NCBI GenBank assembly: GCA_951406725.2
Contig: OX597820.1
Coordinates: 62,682,001-62,746,000 of the forward strand
DNA from: Octopus vulgaris
Lineage: Eukaryota
Direction of reading: 5' to 3'
Length of the DNA stretch: 64,000 nucleotides
In this document: in pieces, positions 1-12,655 of the stretch
Position numbering within the stretch: position 1 is the first letter of the stretch
Layout: each line of letters begins with the position of its first letter
Translations under genes and position numbers: made by a program
The notes under the pieces: generated by a model
Databases searched by the model: none
What the model was told of the DNA's origin: nothing
Seen by the model: the letters and a program-made list of their open reading frames with translations, nothing else

Positions 1-647
1 TGCGATGATTTTTACTGCTTTAATAACAATATTAATAATAAAGTATGTATGTTTGTATGTGTGTGTGCATATAAATATATATACGCACACATACGCACAT
101 ACACACGCACACGCGCACACATACATATGCATGCACGTATGTATATGAGCTTTGGCAGGTGTGCACATGTATCCATTTATTTAATTATGTCTTCTTTTTT
201 TTAAATTTTAGTCTTTCCATTCTCATTGAATGTAGAAGATAGTTCCAGGCTGCTTTCAAAAGAAGTGACGAAGTTCAGTCATTGTTAGTTAGATCACAAT
301 GATTGTAAAAACTTAGATTTATCAATGCTCCGATTGCTAATTTAGTTTACACATTTTCTTATATATATATATATATATAATCACTTTCTTTGAAAGAATG
401 CATTAAATGTTCAAGATCTTTAACTTAAACACTTAAATCCAAGCAGGCTAATAATTACATTTACAGATGTATATATTATCTTCCAGGCAGAAGTTGCAGA
501 TTTGAAATTTGTTGTTCATCGATGTTCTTGTTCTTATTGATTTTTTAATTAAATGTTCACATCAACTGTAGAACTGACATCCATAATATGTTTCTTATTT
601 TCAGTCTCAACTGGAAACTGGACTGCCGTGGTTGTTATTGCATTTTG

Positions 648-870
648 TAAGGCGGTGAACTGGCAGAATCGTTAGTACTCTGGACAAAACGCTACCCGGC
701 ATTTCGCCCGTCTTTATATTCAGAGATCGAATTCCACCACGGCCGTGTTTGCCTTTTCTATTTTGGGGATCAATAATATAAGCATCATTTGAGAACCGGG
801 GTCGATGTAATCGTCTAGCCCCACTCCTAGAAAAATTTAGGCCTTGTATATTTACTAGAAAAGATTGTTG
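648..870 (+). mobile_element. tRNA-derived SINE, family 1 (diverged)
   Basis: Head GGCGGTGAACTGGCAGAATCGTTAG with A box and degenerate B box, plus core GCCTTT..GGGGATCAATAA..GGGGTCGATGTAATCG; homologous to 6697-6913(-) and 45931-46078. Confidence 0.75.
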
Positions 871-1961
871 CATTTTGTGGTGTTTTTATCTGGGGTAAAG
901 TTAAACATGACTCCTTTTACAGTTGATCAAAGACATACCATTAACGATCCATTTATAATTTTGAGCATCGTACATGTATGTCTTTATGCTCATTATATCC
1001 CAATGTGTTTTTAGTTTTCTTTGCAGTCATGGGGTCAGTGGGTCATTTCTATTGTTTCGGATCGACCAATATTTTCTGGAAGAAATTGAATCGAACGAAA
1101 CTGATTGGGAAATTCTTTTGGGTGTAGGTATTTGTAACTCATAATGTTCAACCTTGTCATACACACATGCATGCAAAGAGGCACGCATATACATACACTC
1201 AAATACCAACGCTCGCGCGAAATGTGTAACGCTGAATCTCACTGAAAATTACATTTAGGTTATAATTGTCTATGCGATGCAGGGTCACACGTAAATTCAG
1301 AAGCAGTTTATTCAGTTGACAGAACAACTGAATCCTCGTCGGCACACGATAGAGATCCGCCATCATGTATCACTGCATTATCAAATTCTCCAGTTGATTT
1401 TCATGTTAACAGTTTTTTTTTTATGAGAATGATCTGCCAAAATTGTTTGAGATAAAATGTTTTAAATGACTGAACATAAGGTTATTTGAAATTGTTTTAT
1501 GCATGTGCAGACCTGCTTATGCATAGCTTCGAATATTGTTTTAACACGTTTGTGATGTCGCAAAGTAAGTAGTATCTTATGGCGTTTTGAAACATATGCT
1601 CTTGATCATATTTGTGATAATATCTGCTGATTTTTCACACAATCGACTGACAGGTTACAATTTAAGTGTTGTAGTTTATTATTCTTTCATTGAGTATTAT
1701 GTTACTAACTTGGTCGCCTTGGTTTTGCTAGGGAATATAATTCGAGGTAACATGTAGTATTGTCCATGCATGTTACGCATACTCCATGCACACACACACA
1801 CGCACGCACACACATGCACACATACACCCACCCACATGTAGACACACGCGTATGCATCTGTGCATATACACAGATATCTAGAAATACTTGTGTATGTATG
1901 AATGTGAGTATATATTGTTTGTCCGTATGCTTTTGTATATGTAGGTGTCAAAGGTAGGACT

Positions 1962-2110
1962 AAAAGAACGTCACAAGCGGAAATCAAACAAAACACAAGA
2001 TACGGAAAATGGACGATAAAATTACAAACGGCAAACAGGATAGAAGCAAAGTACACGGACCATTCTCAACAGATTTCTTCTCCAGTCGTTTTCTGGAAAG
2101 TCATTATAGT
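1962..2110. repeat. Diverged copy of dispersed repeat family D
   Basis: Similar to 17055-17345 and 53973-54280 (ACGGACCATTC..TTTCTTCTCCAGTC vs ACGGGTCATTCG..TTTCTTTGCACAGTC). Confidence 0.4.
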
Positions 2111-2919
2111 TTCATACCCCTTTATACCTACCGATAATTCGTATCCAGCAGGTGCCAGGGACTTAGCTAAAAGCATCATTAAGCCTCCGGGAAAAGCAAA
2201 CGAATGTATACAGCTTGTATGTATGGACAATTTTCAATGAGAGTTATTTAAGTATTGCGTAGAATTTCACTTGGTCGCTAAAAGCTCGAATCTTTCTTTC
2301 TTTGTGATGAAAGTGCGTATTCATGTGTATTATCTAACATGAGAATATAGTAACATTTACAACGAAAGAATAGTGGGCAAGATTACTTTTTATGAAAGTG
2401 AGATTACTATACATGGATGTGTGTAATTACTTTTTACGCATGTGCACAATATATATACACATATGATTGTGAATATATAGTTCATTCTAAGAAAATCAGT
2501 TGTAGAATCTTTGGATTTTTTACAAAACTACATTGTCCCTTTGCTTGCATAAATTCGAAGAAAGCGATTCAGTATGCTTCACTGTTTATAACATAAAGCT
2601 TAAATAAAAGTCTGTAGTCCTGAACGTAGAACGGCAACATACATTTGAGAGTCCTTCTTGCATGCATTTGGATAACATTCTGTGAATTCAAATCCTAACG
2701 TGTTTGAAAGTTTTTGACACTTAAAGATCAATGAATAAATCCTAGTTGAGAGCGTGCGTGATCGTTCCTTGCCCTGGTTGTTTCTCTTTCTCTGAGAGTC
2801 GACTCACCAGGTTCATTTCTCTAGAAGTTATAAAGGATTAAATGAGAGGCTGTCATCACATTTTGGTAGACTGAAGTAATACATTTCTCGACCTCTTTTG
2901 AAACGATCTGATATACACA

Positions 2920-3092
2920 ATAACGCAGCTTGGAAATTGCCTTTCCCTTGGATAACATCAGTGGTGTGGAGAAGGGAGGCTCGTATGTATGGGCAACTGG
3001 TGGCCTGCCATAAACCTTGCCTGGACTTGTGCCCCGGAGGGTAACTTTCTAGGGGCAATCTCATGGTCATTCATGACCGAAGGAGGTCTCCC
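2920..3092 (+). mobile_element. 3' part of a SINE/LINE-tail repeat
   Basis: GC-rich block (CCTTGCCTGGACTTGTGCCCCGGAGGGTAACTTTCTAGG...CATGACCGAAGG) recalled as a SINE 3' end; no second copy in the window. Confidence 0.35.
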
Positions 3093-5338
3093 AATCCCAA
3101 TCCTTAATCTTATGTGTGCATGCATATATATTTGATTAAGATTGGGTCATATGTGGCCTCACTGCCTTTGTTTTATAGACCGTTTTAAATACAGAGAAAT
3201 GCTATTTAAAAGTAAATAGGCTATTTTACTTTGGGGGATCCATCATGTTTTAAGTACCTTTCTTGACTTATTGACGATGATTAAAAATCCTTGTTAACTT
3301 TAGTAAGTCGAATAATAGTGGTCTTTCTGTGACCTTCTCATTTGTTTTATTCCAGTATTATGTAACTCGAACTGGTTTATCACTCGAGTTTAATAACTTT
3401 AAGCATTATAACAGCGATTTGAGGGAGACCTGGGTCTATATTTCTAGTTAGTGTTGCAAACCTGTAAGAGGCCCCAACAATTTTTTTGTTCTTCTTGATA
3501 TCGATACTTTCATGTTGTAGATATAAGTGCTGTTATTGATGCAACTAGTTGTAATGGTGTTCATGCCATAGTGTGTAATGTTGGAAAAGTTTAAAGGTGT
3601 TGGTGCATTAAGATTATATGTGAATATGTATTAGTGTTTGTGTGTTTGGGAATCTGTGTGTCTCATTTTATGAGAGCAAGAACATAACAAAAATTTCTAA
3701 TGCGTTTGTCTGTGTGCGCGAGTGTGTACCAGTCTTAATAGAAAACATAATAACCATTATAAGAACAAAACCAATAAAATACTTCTGATATTAGTACAAT
3801 CACGCTCCATTAACTATAACACAATAAAGTCATCTTCAGAAAGAAGAGTTGATAATTTAGGTGGAAAATCTGCCAGCGGAAGTTAAGTCTGAGAGAAAAT
3901 CATTTCGAGCTACCATTTTGGATTTGTCATGTATACATGTGACACGTAAGTGTATGTGCGTATGAGCGAACGTGCTGATGAGTGTATAAATGTAGTATGT
4001 GTCTATTTGTTGATATTTGTCTGTATGGGTACATATACATACATGCATGCAAACATATATACATGTATGCACACACACTTGCACGCATGCACACATATTG
4101 GCATTACTCTTCGTTGTTTTGCTTGTATTTTTTTTATTAATTTCTATTTTATTTTATTGTATATCATTGTTAATTTATATATTACCTTTTATTACAAATA
4201 AAATAAAAATTTTGAAAATATATGAAAAAACCCAAAAACAAAACGGGAACAACACCAAAACATCGACGTATAAAAAGTTTCGCTCATTCATTATATTTCA
4301 CTCTAACAATGACAACTACTGCAATTTCAACAATTAAAATAACAACAGTAACGACGAAGATGACAACAACAACAACAACAACAATAACATCAGCTATAAT
4401 AACCGCAACCGCGCCTCAAATCTGGCAATGATCCACTCTCCCACCATTTGGTGTCAGGTGGGGGGACAGGTATGCCTACGAAGAAAGAGAGAAAGTAAAC
4501 GCAAAAAAAAGTGAATCATTTTAAATGCAAATAGTGGAATATTTGAATTAGTAGCATCAACGATGTGTAAATCAACATTGATGTGAAGCGTGAACAAAAT
4601 ATTGAAACCCGCTTAAAGCATGACATACAGCACTACAGTGCACTGTACAACGCTGCACTCCTACATTGCACTATATCACTAGCTTCTCTCACACTATCTT
4701 GACATTGTGATAATTTCATATTTCATACACACACTCATACACACACACACACGCGCATACATATATATGTACAAAGACAAGCACATACGCACGCACTTGT
4801 GTCCACGCATACAGAAAAACGCACCACATAAGCTCAGACACACATCGCCAGTAGCTGCAACGACATCACCGTTACTATGTAATCACTACCACTATTGAAC
4901 TCTTGCGTTACATCCACCATCAGGATCATCACCATAACCAGCTAGATTATCACCACGAGTGTTTTGTTACAAATAGGAACACCTCTGGCACAAAAGGTAC
5001 GTTACATACATAAACACACATGCACGACAAAAATACAAAATTGAAACACAACTGCACAAAGTATGCGCAGCATGCTCACAATATAAAATAGAGAATACAC
5101 CCACCACACATGAGTTACACAATGCAACACATACAATACACAATAGAACAGAACACCTGTAACACAAGACATAAAACAAGATAAAATGCAATTAACGCAA
5201 TAGAGAGCACACATGCAAACACACAGCATAGCGCAACATACGGCATAATATAGTTCTATATTTAAGAGATGAGGAATTATGAACATTATTTACATTATTT
5301 ACATTCGACGGATAATTGTCCTCATCTTCTTTGTTGTT

Positions 5339-5386
5339 AAGACAACGTTTCGGCTGATATACTCTCCAGCGTTCTTCAGGTGTCTT
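5339..5386 (-). ncRNA. Minimal hammerhead-like motif (left arm)
   Basis: Reverse complement AAGACAC CTGAAGA AC GCTG GAGAGTATAT CAGC C GAAAC GTTGTCTT. Confidence 0.55.
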
Positions 5387-5431
5387 GGGGAAATTTCGAA
5401 CCTGGGTTCTAATTCCTAAGGTATATTTCGA

Positions 5432-5502
<71 letters not shown>

Positions 5503-5641
5503 CCACTGCCTGAATAATAATAATCTTATGCTCACGGGCTTATGGCGTAGTGGTTAAGGGCGCTGGTTACTAACCCCAAGATTCCGAGTTCGATTCCAAG
5601 CAGGGACCTGAACAATAATAATAATAATAATAATAATAATG

Positions 5642-5711
<70 letters not shown>

Positions 5712-5761
5712 CAACATCGAAAAATACCTTAGGAATGAGAGGCCAGGTTCGAAATTTCCTC

Positions 5762-5809
5762 AAGACACCTGAAGAAGCCTGGAGGGTATATCAGTCGAAA
5801 AGTTGTCTT
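5762..5809 (+). ncRNA. Minimal hammerhead-like motif (right arm, decayed)
   Basis: AAGACAC CTGAAGA AGCCTG GAGGGTATAT CAGTC GAAA AGTTGTCTT. Confidence 0.5.
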
Positions 5810-6696
5810 AAAATCAAAGAAGATGAGAACAAATATCTGTCAAATATAAATAATGTAAATAATGTGAGTAATGTATACAGCATAACAGATTTTACAAAAC
5901 AAAGAACACAAAATACAGAAGACCCACATCACGACTAATCCCACAAATTTCACTCACTGCATAAAATACGCACAACACAATGTATCTTACCCTGCACAGC
6001 ATATACAATACAACGTAACAACGTGACTTATATAACATACACGTCACAACACGTCACGATAGTACAACACATTTAAGACAATCAACGTAGAACAACACAT
6101 AACAACGAAATCACCTTCAAACTATCAATGTGTTTTTTGAAAGGCAGAAGAACATACTATACAGGAATGTATTATATTCCTAGAGACACGTAAAATGACA
6201 AAATGGTATTTGACTAAATGTCTGCTTGGTCATAGCTGATCTGGTTTGAAATATTAAACAGCATATATATACAGCATGTAGTATCATCAGCAAGGCAGTT
6301 AATACAGGGGAGGATAATGTATATGTTACTACTCAACATAAAGGTGCCATCTTATACCGACTCACACAACCAGGACAACCCACGTAACGTCCACTCACCT
6401 TTCAAAACATTTTGCTGATAGGGGCAGCACCACACTTTTACTTCTCGCGTTCTTTTCCAAATGGAATTTTAAATGTCGATGATGGCTTAACCGCAGAGGA
6501 AAGCGACTCTTCTCGGTCCTTTCCTTCTGGCCCACCATACAACCTCAATAGCTATAGTCAACAGAGTGAAAGATGCCTGCCCTTACGAGCCAAAAGAAAA
6601 TCACATGGCAAACTTCATGATGGAGTAGGCCGACTGACGGGTCCTTCCTAAATGTCAAAGCAGCTGCTATTACCAATTCTCAAGCACTGCACGAAA

Positions 6697-6913
6697 GCAA
6701 TGGGCTAAACACAGAGAGGACAAACAGGGACAGACAAACGTATTAAGTCGATTACATCGACCCCAGTGCCTAACTGGTACTTATTTAATCGCCCCCGAAA
6801 GGATGAAAAGCAAAGTCGACCTCAGCGGAATTTGAACTCACAACGTAACGGCAGACGAAATACCGCTAAGCATTTCACCCGGCGTGCTAACGATTCTGCC
6901 AGCACGCCGCCTT
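6697..6913 (-). mobile_element. tRNA-derived SINE, family 1, near full length
   Basis: Reverse complement gives GGCGGCGTGCTGGCAGAATCGTTAGC (A box), GAGTTCAAATTCC (B box) and a GTCGACTTTGC.TTTCATCCTTTCGGGG core resembling the Meta/Sauria-type SINE core. Confidence 0.85.
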
Positions 6914-7052
6914 ATTCCACCAATTAATATATTGACAATGTATTGCTGCATTTGGTGTCTTCTTTGCGGTTCACTCCTATCTTAATCTCCCTCTTTTCCT
7001 TTCTGTTCTAGGTTAACCTCCAGTGTTTGACCCGAGCAAATTAATGAAAAAA

Positions 7053-7250
7053 AATAGTGTAATAGGTGTAAAAGAACATGTAGTAAACGAATATGAAAAA
7101 AATGTACTCTGCCGAACGGGAGAATGGGGGAGACGACACGGAAAATTCATATCGGGAATGTTCCGAGTCCTCTCACCACTTCCCCGTTCGTCGGAGCAAT
7201 TGCTTTCTTCATATTCGGCTACTAAACATTATTTTACACTTAGTACACTA
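7053..7250. repeat. About 200-bp imperfect hairpin (foldback/MITE-like)
   Basis: ATAGTGTA..GTGTAAAA..CGAATATGAA..CGAACGGG..CGGAAAATTC mirrored by GAATGTTCCG..CCCGTTCG..TTCATATTCG..TTTTACAC..TACACTAT. Confidence 0.75.
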
Positions 7251-7714
7251 TAATTTTATTTCAAGTTATGTGACTTGGGATGGGTGGGGTGTTGACGTCG
7301 ACACCCGGCCACCCAAAAAAAAGAAAGAAAAAAAAGTACAATAGTTGTAAAATCATATGTACTAAACGATTATTAAACAATGCGCACTGGCAAACGGGAG
7401 CGGGGAGTGAGGATTCGGAAAATTCTCTTGTCCAAGGTGCCATTTAGGAGGACTGAACCGGGAACCGTGTGGTTGGGAAAAATATCCATTTTCTTGACGG
7501 AAGAAATTGGATCACGCGAATTTTCCGGGTCCCCCCCACGTTCGCTAGCAAGTTTCTTCAAATATAGTCTCGGCCCGACCAATGCGCCCCGGAAGACGTA
7601 GGTGGCATTTGAGAGGGAAAATTATTTATGCTATAAACGATGACAACAAAAATTTGCGCACTAACTTTTTTCGATTCTGTCTTCTGCAGTGCAGATGTTT
7701 GTTAGCCATTCTAG

Positions 7715-7754
<40 letters not shown>

Positions 7755-7792
7755 TTACTTTCACTACAACATTTAAATTTCATTTTTGTCTA

Positions 7793-7894
7793 AATATTTT
7801 CGTTTTCTGAAACTGCGACAAGACCCTGACAAAAATTCGTGCTGCATCTGCTTTGTCAGTGAACAAATCTCGCTTTCAAAGCGACGAAAATATT
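7793..7894. repeat. Short inverted repeat
   Basis: AATATTTTCGT...CTGACAAA / TTTGTCAG...ACGAAAATATT. Confidence 0.55.
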
Positions 7895-8204
7895 GAGATT
7901 GGCTCGAGAGATTTTCCCGTTGTAAGGTATACAGATTGTTTTTGAAATATGATCCTAATTATGTCGCCTTTATTTTCTTTTTTTTCTGCTAAGTTACCTT
8001 GTTTCTTCCATTTGTTCTCTTCAAATTCTTCCCAAATTTAAGTCGTTTTTTTTTCTTTGCAGAGTTAAGAAATCACATATCAGGGACGCGATGCATTCCT
8101 TACACTATTGCTCTAGTATTTACAAGGGCTGGTTCATATCCGTTAAAGCTACATACATGCATACATACATGTATACCTACATACATACATACATACATAT
8201 ATAC

Positions 8205-8247
<43 letters not shown>

Positions 8248-8249
<2 letters not shown>

Positions 8250-8828
8250 AACAGACATGCAGGAAGTAAATAGACTACTTTAATTTTCAAAATTTATGAT
8301 CTAAGCATTTTAATATATTTTCAGCGGTGTAGGATTTACAATGTAATTATTCTTTTTAATTCCAGGTGCCATTATATTAAACATTTACGGGTAGGAACCA
8401 TGCCAAGCATAAAAAAATTTGGAAGACCTGTCAGATTTTCAAAGAGGTCGTATTGTTGGGCAATCTGAAACTGATCTTAGCCAGCATAAAATTGCCGAAA
8501 ATCTTCAAATTCATCTTGCTACTGTTAATAGAATTTTAGTGCAAATCAAATGCCAAGGAAAAGAATCATCAGATTCTCTTCCGGTCAACCTGGGCCCTCG
8601 GAAAGGAAGCTTCGCTGTTTGAAGAGAATTGTGGAAAACGAAACCCCGTTTGAAGGCTTCAGACATTACAAAACAGCTAGAAGTTTGTCCAAGAACGTGT
8701 GTTACATATTTGCATAAGCTTGGGTTCTATGAACGAATTTATAGAAGAAAATCTCTCCTTCAACCAATTAATGTCATATGAAAGATTTTCAAAATTAAAG
8801 GTGTCTATTTACTACCTGCATGTCTGTG
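8248..8828 (+). mobile_element. Internally deleted Tc1-like DNA transposon
   Basis: About 45-bp TIRs (ACAGACATGCAGG.AGTAAATAGAC..CTTTAATTTT.AAAAT) flanked by TA; peptide [32 protein letters not shown] matches a Tc1 N-terminal HTH; catalytic domain absent. Confidence 0.85.
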
Positions 8829-8850
8829 TATATATACATACATACATGCA

Positions 8851-8940
<90 letters not shown>

Positions 8941-10009
8941 TAATATGCGTGTGTGTGTGTGTGCAACTGAGGAGTGTGGTTAGCTAAATTACTTCATATG
9001 ATATGAGAACATATCTCTAATGTTGCTTCTTTCCTTGACTTCTGATTCTTTGATATAGTTTCGTTACTTAGTGACGGTGTTACAATCTGTAAGAAGTGAT
9101 ATAACTAATTCAATATCAGTATATTACTGGTTATTTATTTCATAATTTTAGAAAAATATATGAGAATCGTCAGGGCTAAATATCAATCAGCAAAATTCTA
9201 GCATTTTACATTTCGGAAGGACATCTTGCATCATATAATGCTCTATATACAAAACATTCAGTATTGATTCTCCGGAAAGTTGTTTCATAATATGTCTGTT
9301 CGATCAGTGTTGATCCAGGGGCTATACAAGAGAACCGAAAAAAAAAAAGACAAGAAAAGAAAAAAACATAATTTCTAAAGCATCGAAAATAATTTCTTCT
9401 CGAAATTTTCTTCATGGTCTGACAAAAGAATTAAGCAGAAAATTAAAATTTTCTCGTCTTATAAGTTTCCATTTATAAAATTTAAAAACTGGACTTCAGG
9501 AATTTTCTCAAATCTTCCAGTTTAATAATTTTCAATTTTGTTCCTGGCATTTTTCATCTCTCTTTCCTTTTACTGCACTTGTTCTTGTTTATTTTCACCA
9601 TCACCAACACTTTCTTTCGCACGATCCTACTCCTACTTCACCTTCTTCTCCTGAATAATTTCTTTGTTCTTTATCCTCTATCCTCCAATTCGTCTTCCAT
9701 CTGCCTTGTACGTATGCTTGTGTGGTTAATGATCACGCTTCACTACACTATCATATGGTTCTAGTTTCGCTCTCATTATGCAGATCTTTGAGGATGAGAG
9801 TTCGCAGCAGACACTGAACGAACGAAACCTCCAGACGGTAACTGTGGATATCAACTCAGATGGCCTAAACACGATTATGAGTGATAGTTTAATCCATTTA
9901 CACCGTTTAATACCATCATATGATCAACCTCAGTTTTTTTTTTATAACAGAGGCCACGCTGTAGCAATTGTTCACATCATGTTCCCCCATCTTAGGATAA
10001 AGCATTCTC

Positions 10010-10278
10010 TTTTATCTTTAATCATTGGACTGCAGACATGCTGGGCAACGCCTTGTGGGGTTTTAGCCAAATAAATCGACCCCAGTACTTATTGTCTCCT
10101 AAGCCAAGTACAAAAAAGATCGTTCACTTTTTGTCGAACTACTAATTGGCAGGGAGGTAAAGAAACCAACACCGGTTGTGAAGCGGTGGAGGGTATCAAT
10201 CACAAACACAATGATACGTGCACAGAGATATATTCACATATATACATATATATGTAGGCATACTTACACACACATATC

Positions 10279-10335
<57 letters not shown>

Positions 10336-10470
10336 ATGTGTGCGTGTGTATGTGTGTGTGTGTGTATGTCGACCGGGGTTATAATAGACATATGCCCTAG
10401 GTGCTACGCAGTGGGTTTGAATCTGGAGCCATATGTTTGGGAACGAAACCTTCTTCCATACCAGCGCTTA
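10010..10470 (-). mobile_element. tRNA-derived SINE, family 2 (diverged)
   Basis: Reverse-strand match to 12249-12655 (ATCGACCCCAGTACTTATT; GGTGCTACGCAGTGGG..TGAA). Confidence 0.7.
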
Positions 10471-11449
10471 CATTCTCTATATCACCCAACATCTCTGCTT
10501 ACTTCCGATAGGGTTACAAACTTTACCTCTTCTCTGAAAAAGATACAGGCATGTCACAATCCAAGAAAGAAGTGTGATTTATCCATTCACATTATTCAAG
10601 TCGTCAGCATTCGCCTTTTCTGAATCCGAATTTCACCGTATATTGAAAACATTCATTTATTTAAAATATAATTTAAAATTGTGTGATCTAAGAGAGAATT
10701 GGCTCTGAGTTCCTGCATTAAACAAAGGACATTTGGTCGTCCCCCACCGATTCCGCACTGGTTCAGTTGGTCCCTTCCATTTTATACTCCGATACATGGA
10801 TTGCTCTCATCGAGTCGAGATAGTCTTACTAGACCTCTCAATCATCCGCGACTCCCTTGTTGAGAGAGTGAACAAGCGAGCGAGCGAGAGAGAGAGAAAG
10901 AGATAGAAAGAGAGAGGGGAGAGAAGTAGAGAGAGGAACAGAGAGAGATAAAGAGATAGAGAAGGAGAGAGAGGAGTAAGGAAAGAGTTATAGCATGAGA
11001 GAATGCTAGAAAGAAATGGTAAGAGTTCGGTACACCAAACATGGAGTCGGCGATAGAAATGCCGAGAGAGCGTCGTAAAGGCGCATAATTAATTTTTCTT
11101 TCTAAAATTGGTGCTGACGTAGTAATTCACATAGTTTAGCATATTTTAACACTTAATGAATTATAATTACCGTATATATTTAACTCAATATTGTTCGTTT
11201 AAATATGTAATGTGTATATTCATAACAACGCATTATAAAATTTCACATGATACTAATTTCTCTTTTTTTGCATCATTTGGTCAACCAAGAAAAACCAGAC
11301 TTGGTAGAATCTGTTGATTGTCGGACTCAATGTTCTCTAGTACTTGTTCTGGATCTCTGGCCATTCAGTTTCAATAGATCTAACCTTTCATTATCGGAGA
11401 TCGATGAAAAATGTATCATTAACGGACTGACTTAATTTCTTTTTCTTCT

Positions 11450-11507
11450 TGTTGTTCTTGTTGTTCTTGTTGTTGTTGTTGTTGTTGTTGTTGTTCTTCT
11501 TCTTCTT

Positions 11508-11594
<87 letters not shown>

Positions 11595-11642
11595 ATTATT
11601 ATTATTATTATTTTTTTCTTTTTCTTCTTCTTCTTCTTCTTC
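11450..11642. repeat. Compound trinucleotide microsatellite (GTT)n(CTT)n(ATT)n
   Basis: Directly visible. Confidence 0.95.
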
Positions 11643-12248
11643 TCCCTCTCTTTCTCTCTCCCCCGGTCTTTCTCTCTCTCCTTCTCTTTGTCTCTGTCTG
11701 CAACTGAGAAAGGATCACGAGGAAACATTCGAAGAAGCGTTTCTTCAGAAATGGGAACTGTTGAACGCGGAGATATTGGAAACCATTCCATATAGAACAA
11801 TAAAATATATTAAGAAACGAATAAAAGCATAAGTAAATGTAACGAATATACCTCTGAGACTCTCCATATATATATATAAATCAAATACAGTTCAGCATGG
11901 AACTACAAATATAATGGTAAGAAAAGTGGATTCCTCATAAATTTCCAGTCCCTTTCGTGACTGGTATCATAGAATGATTTCATGATCAGGTTTAGCGTCT
12001 ACAAATCAATGTGCAAAGGGGATACTTAAAACCTGTGTTTGTTATGTAACCATAGTGTACAACAAATTACATTAAGCGTTTTTCTTAGTCAATACTGTGT
12101 TCTACTGTGTTAGCAGTGCTACTAAATCACTTGTTAGGGTTTTCTTCTACATATTTTCTTTAGAAATTATAACCAGTTCTGATTTTGTTACGACGTTTCG
12201 TATCCGAGACGTCTGATGTAAACCGCAATGAGATCGAAGATGAAAACT

Positions 12249-12655
12249 AGGCGTAGGAGTGGCTGTGTGGTACGTGGCTTGCTTATCCACAACATGGTTT
12301 CGGGTTCAGTCCCACTGCGTGGCACCTTCGGCAAGTGTCTTCTGCTCTAGCATCGGGCCGACCAAAGCCTTGTGAGTTGATTTGGTGGATGGAAACTGAA
12401 AGAATCCCGTCGTATTTGTATATATATATATATATATATGTGTGTATATGTTTGTGTATCTGTGTTTGTCCCCCCAACATCGCCTGACAACCGATGCTGG
12501 AGTGTTTACGTTCCCGAAACTTAGTGTTTCGGCAAATGGGACCGATAGAATAAGTACTAGGCTTACAAAGAATAAGTCCTGGGGTCGATTTACTCGACTA
12601 GAGGCGGTGCTCCAGCATGGCCAAAGTCAAATGACTGAAAAAAGTAAAAGAGAAG
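12249..12655 (+). mobile_element. tRNA-derived SINE, family 2, full length
   Basis: A box TGGCTGTGTGG, B box GGGTTCAGTCCC, ACCTT.GGCAAGT core, internal (TA)(TG) tract, 3' end GGCGGTGCTCCAGCATGGCC..AAATGACTGAAA; six or more copies in the window. Confidence 0.9.

Larger units (their letters stand above)
5284..5865 (+). mobile_element. Palindromic tRNA-headed element with a hammerhead-like motif in each arm (Penelope-associated, non-autonomous)
   Basis: Arms 5284-5515 and 5593-5865 are reverse complements including the (ATT)n/(AAT)n tracts; centre has A box TGGCGTAGTGG (5543) and B box GAGTTCGATTCC (5586); each arm has CTGAAGA..CGAAA. Confidence 0.75.

Noticed and set aside
1295-1348. Hairpin ATTCAGTTG/CAACTGAAT with CCGACGA on the minus strand as a hammerhead
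   Set aside because: No GAAA in place and no stems I or III; more likely a SINE-body fragment related to 53035-53095.
5536-5611. Functional tRNA gene
   Set aside because: A and B boxes are present but acceptor and anticodon stems pair poorly; it is embedded in a repeat element.
6390-6690. Minus-strand exon suggested by donor AAG/GTGAGT near 6398
   Set aside because: No long minus-strand frame in the ORF track, no clear acceptor and no recognisable peptide.
11690-11832. Protein-like stretch QLRKDHEETFEEAFLQKWELL.. as an exon
   Set aside because: No recognisable homology and no convincing acceptor/donor pair.
12191-12220. GACGTTTCG (reverse of CGAAACGTC) as a hammerhead half
   Set aside because: No matching CTGANGA on the same strand at a suitable distance.
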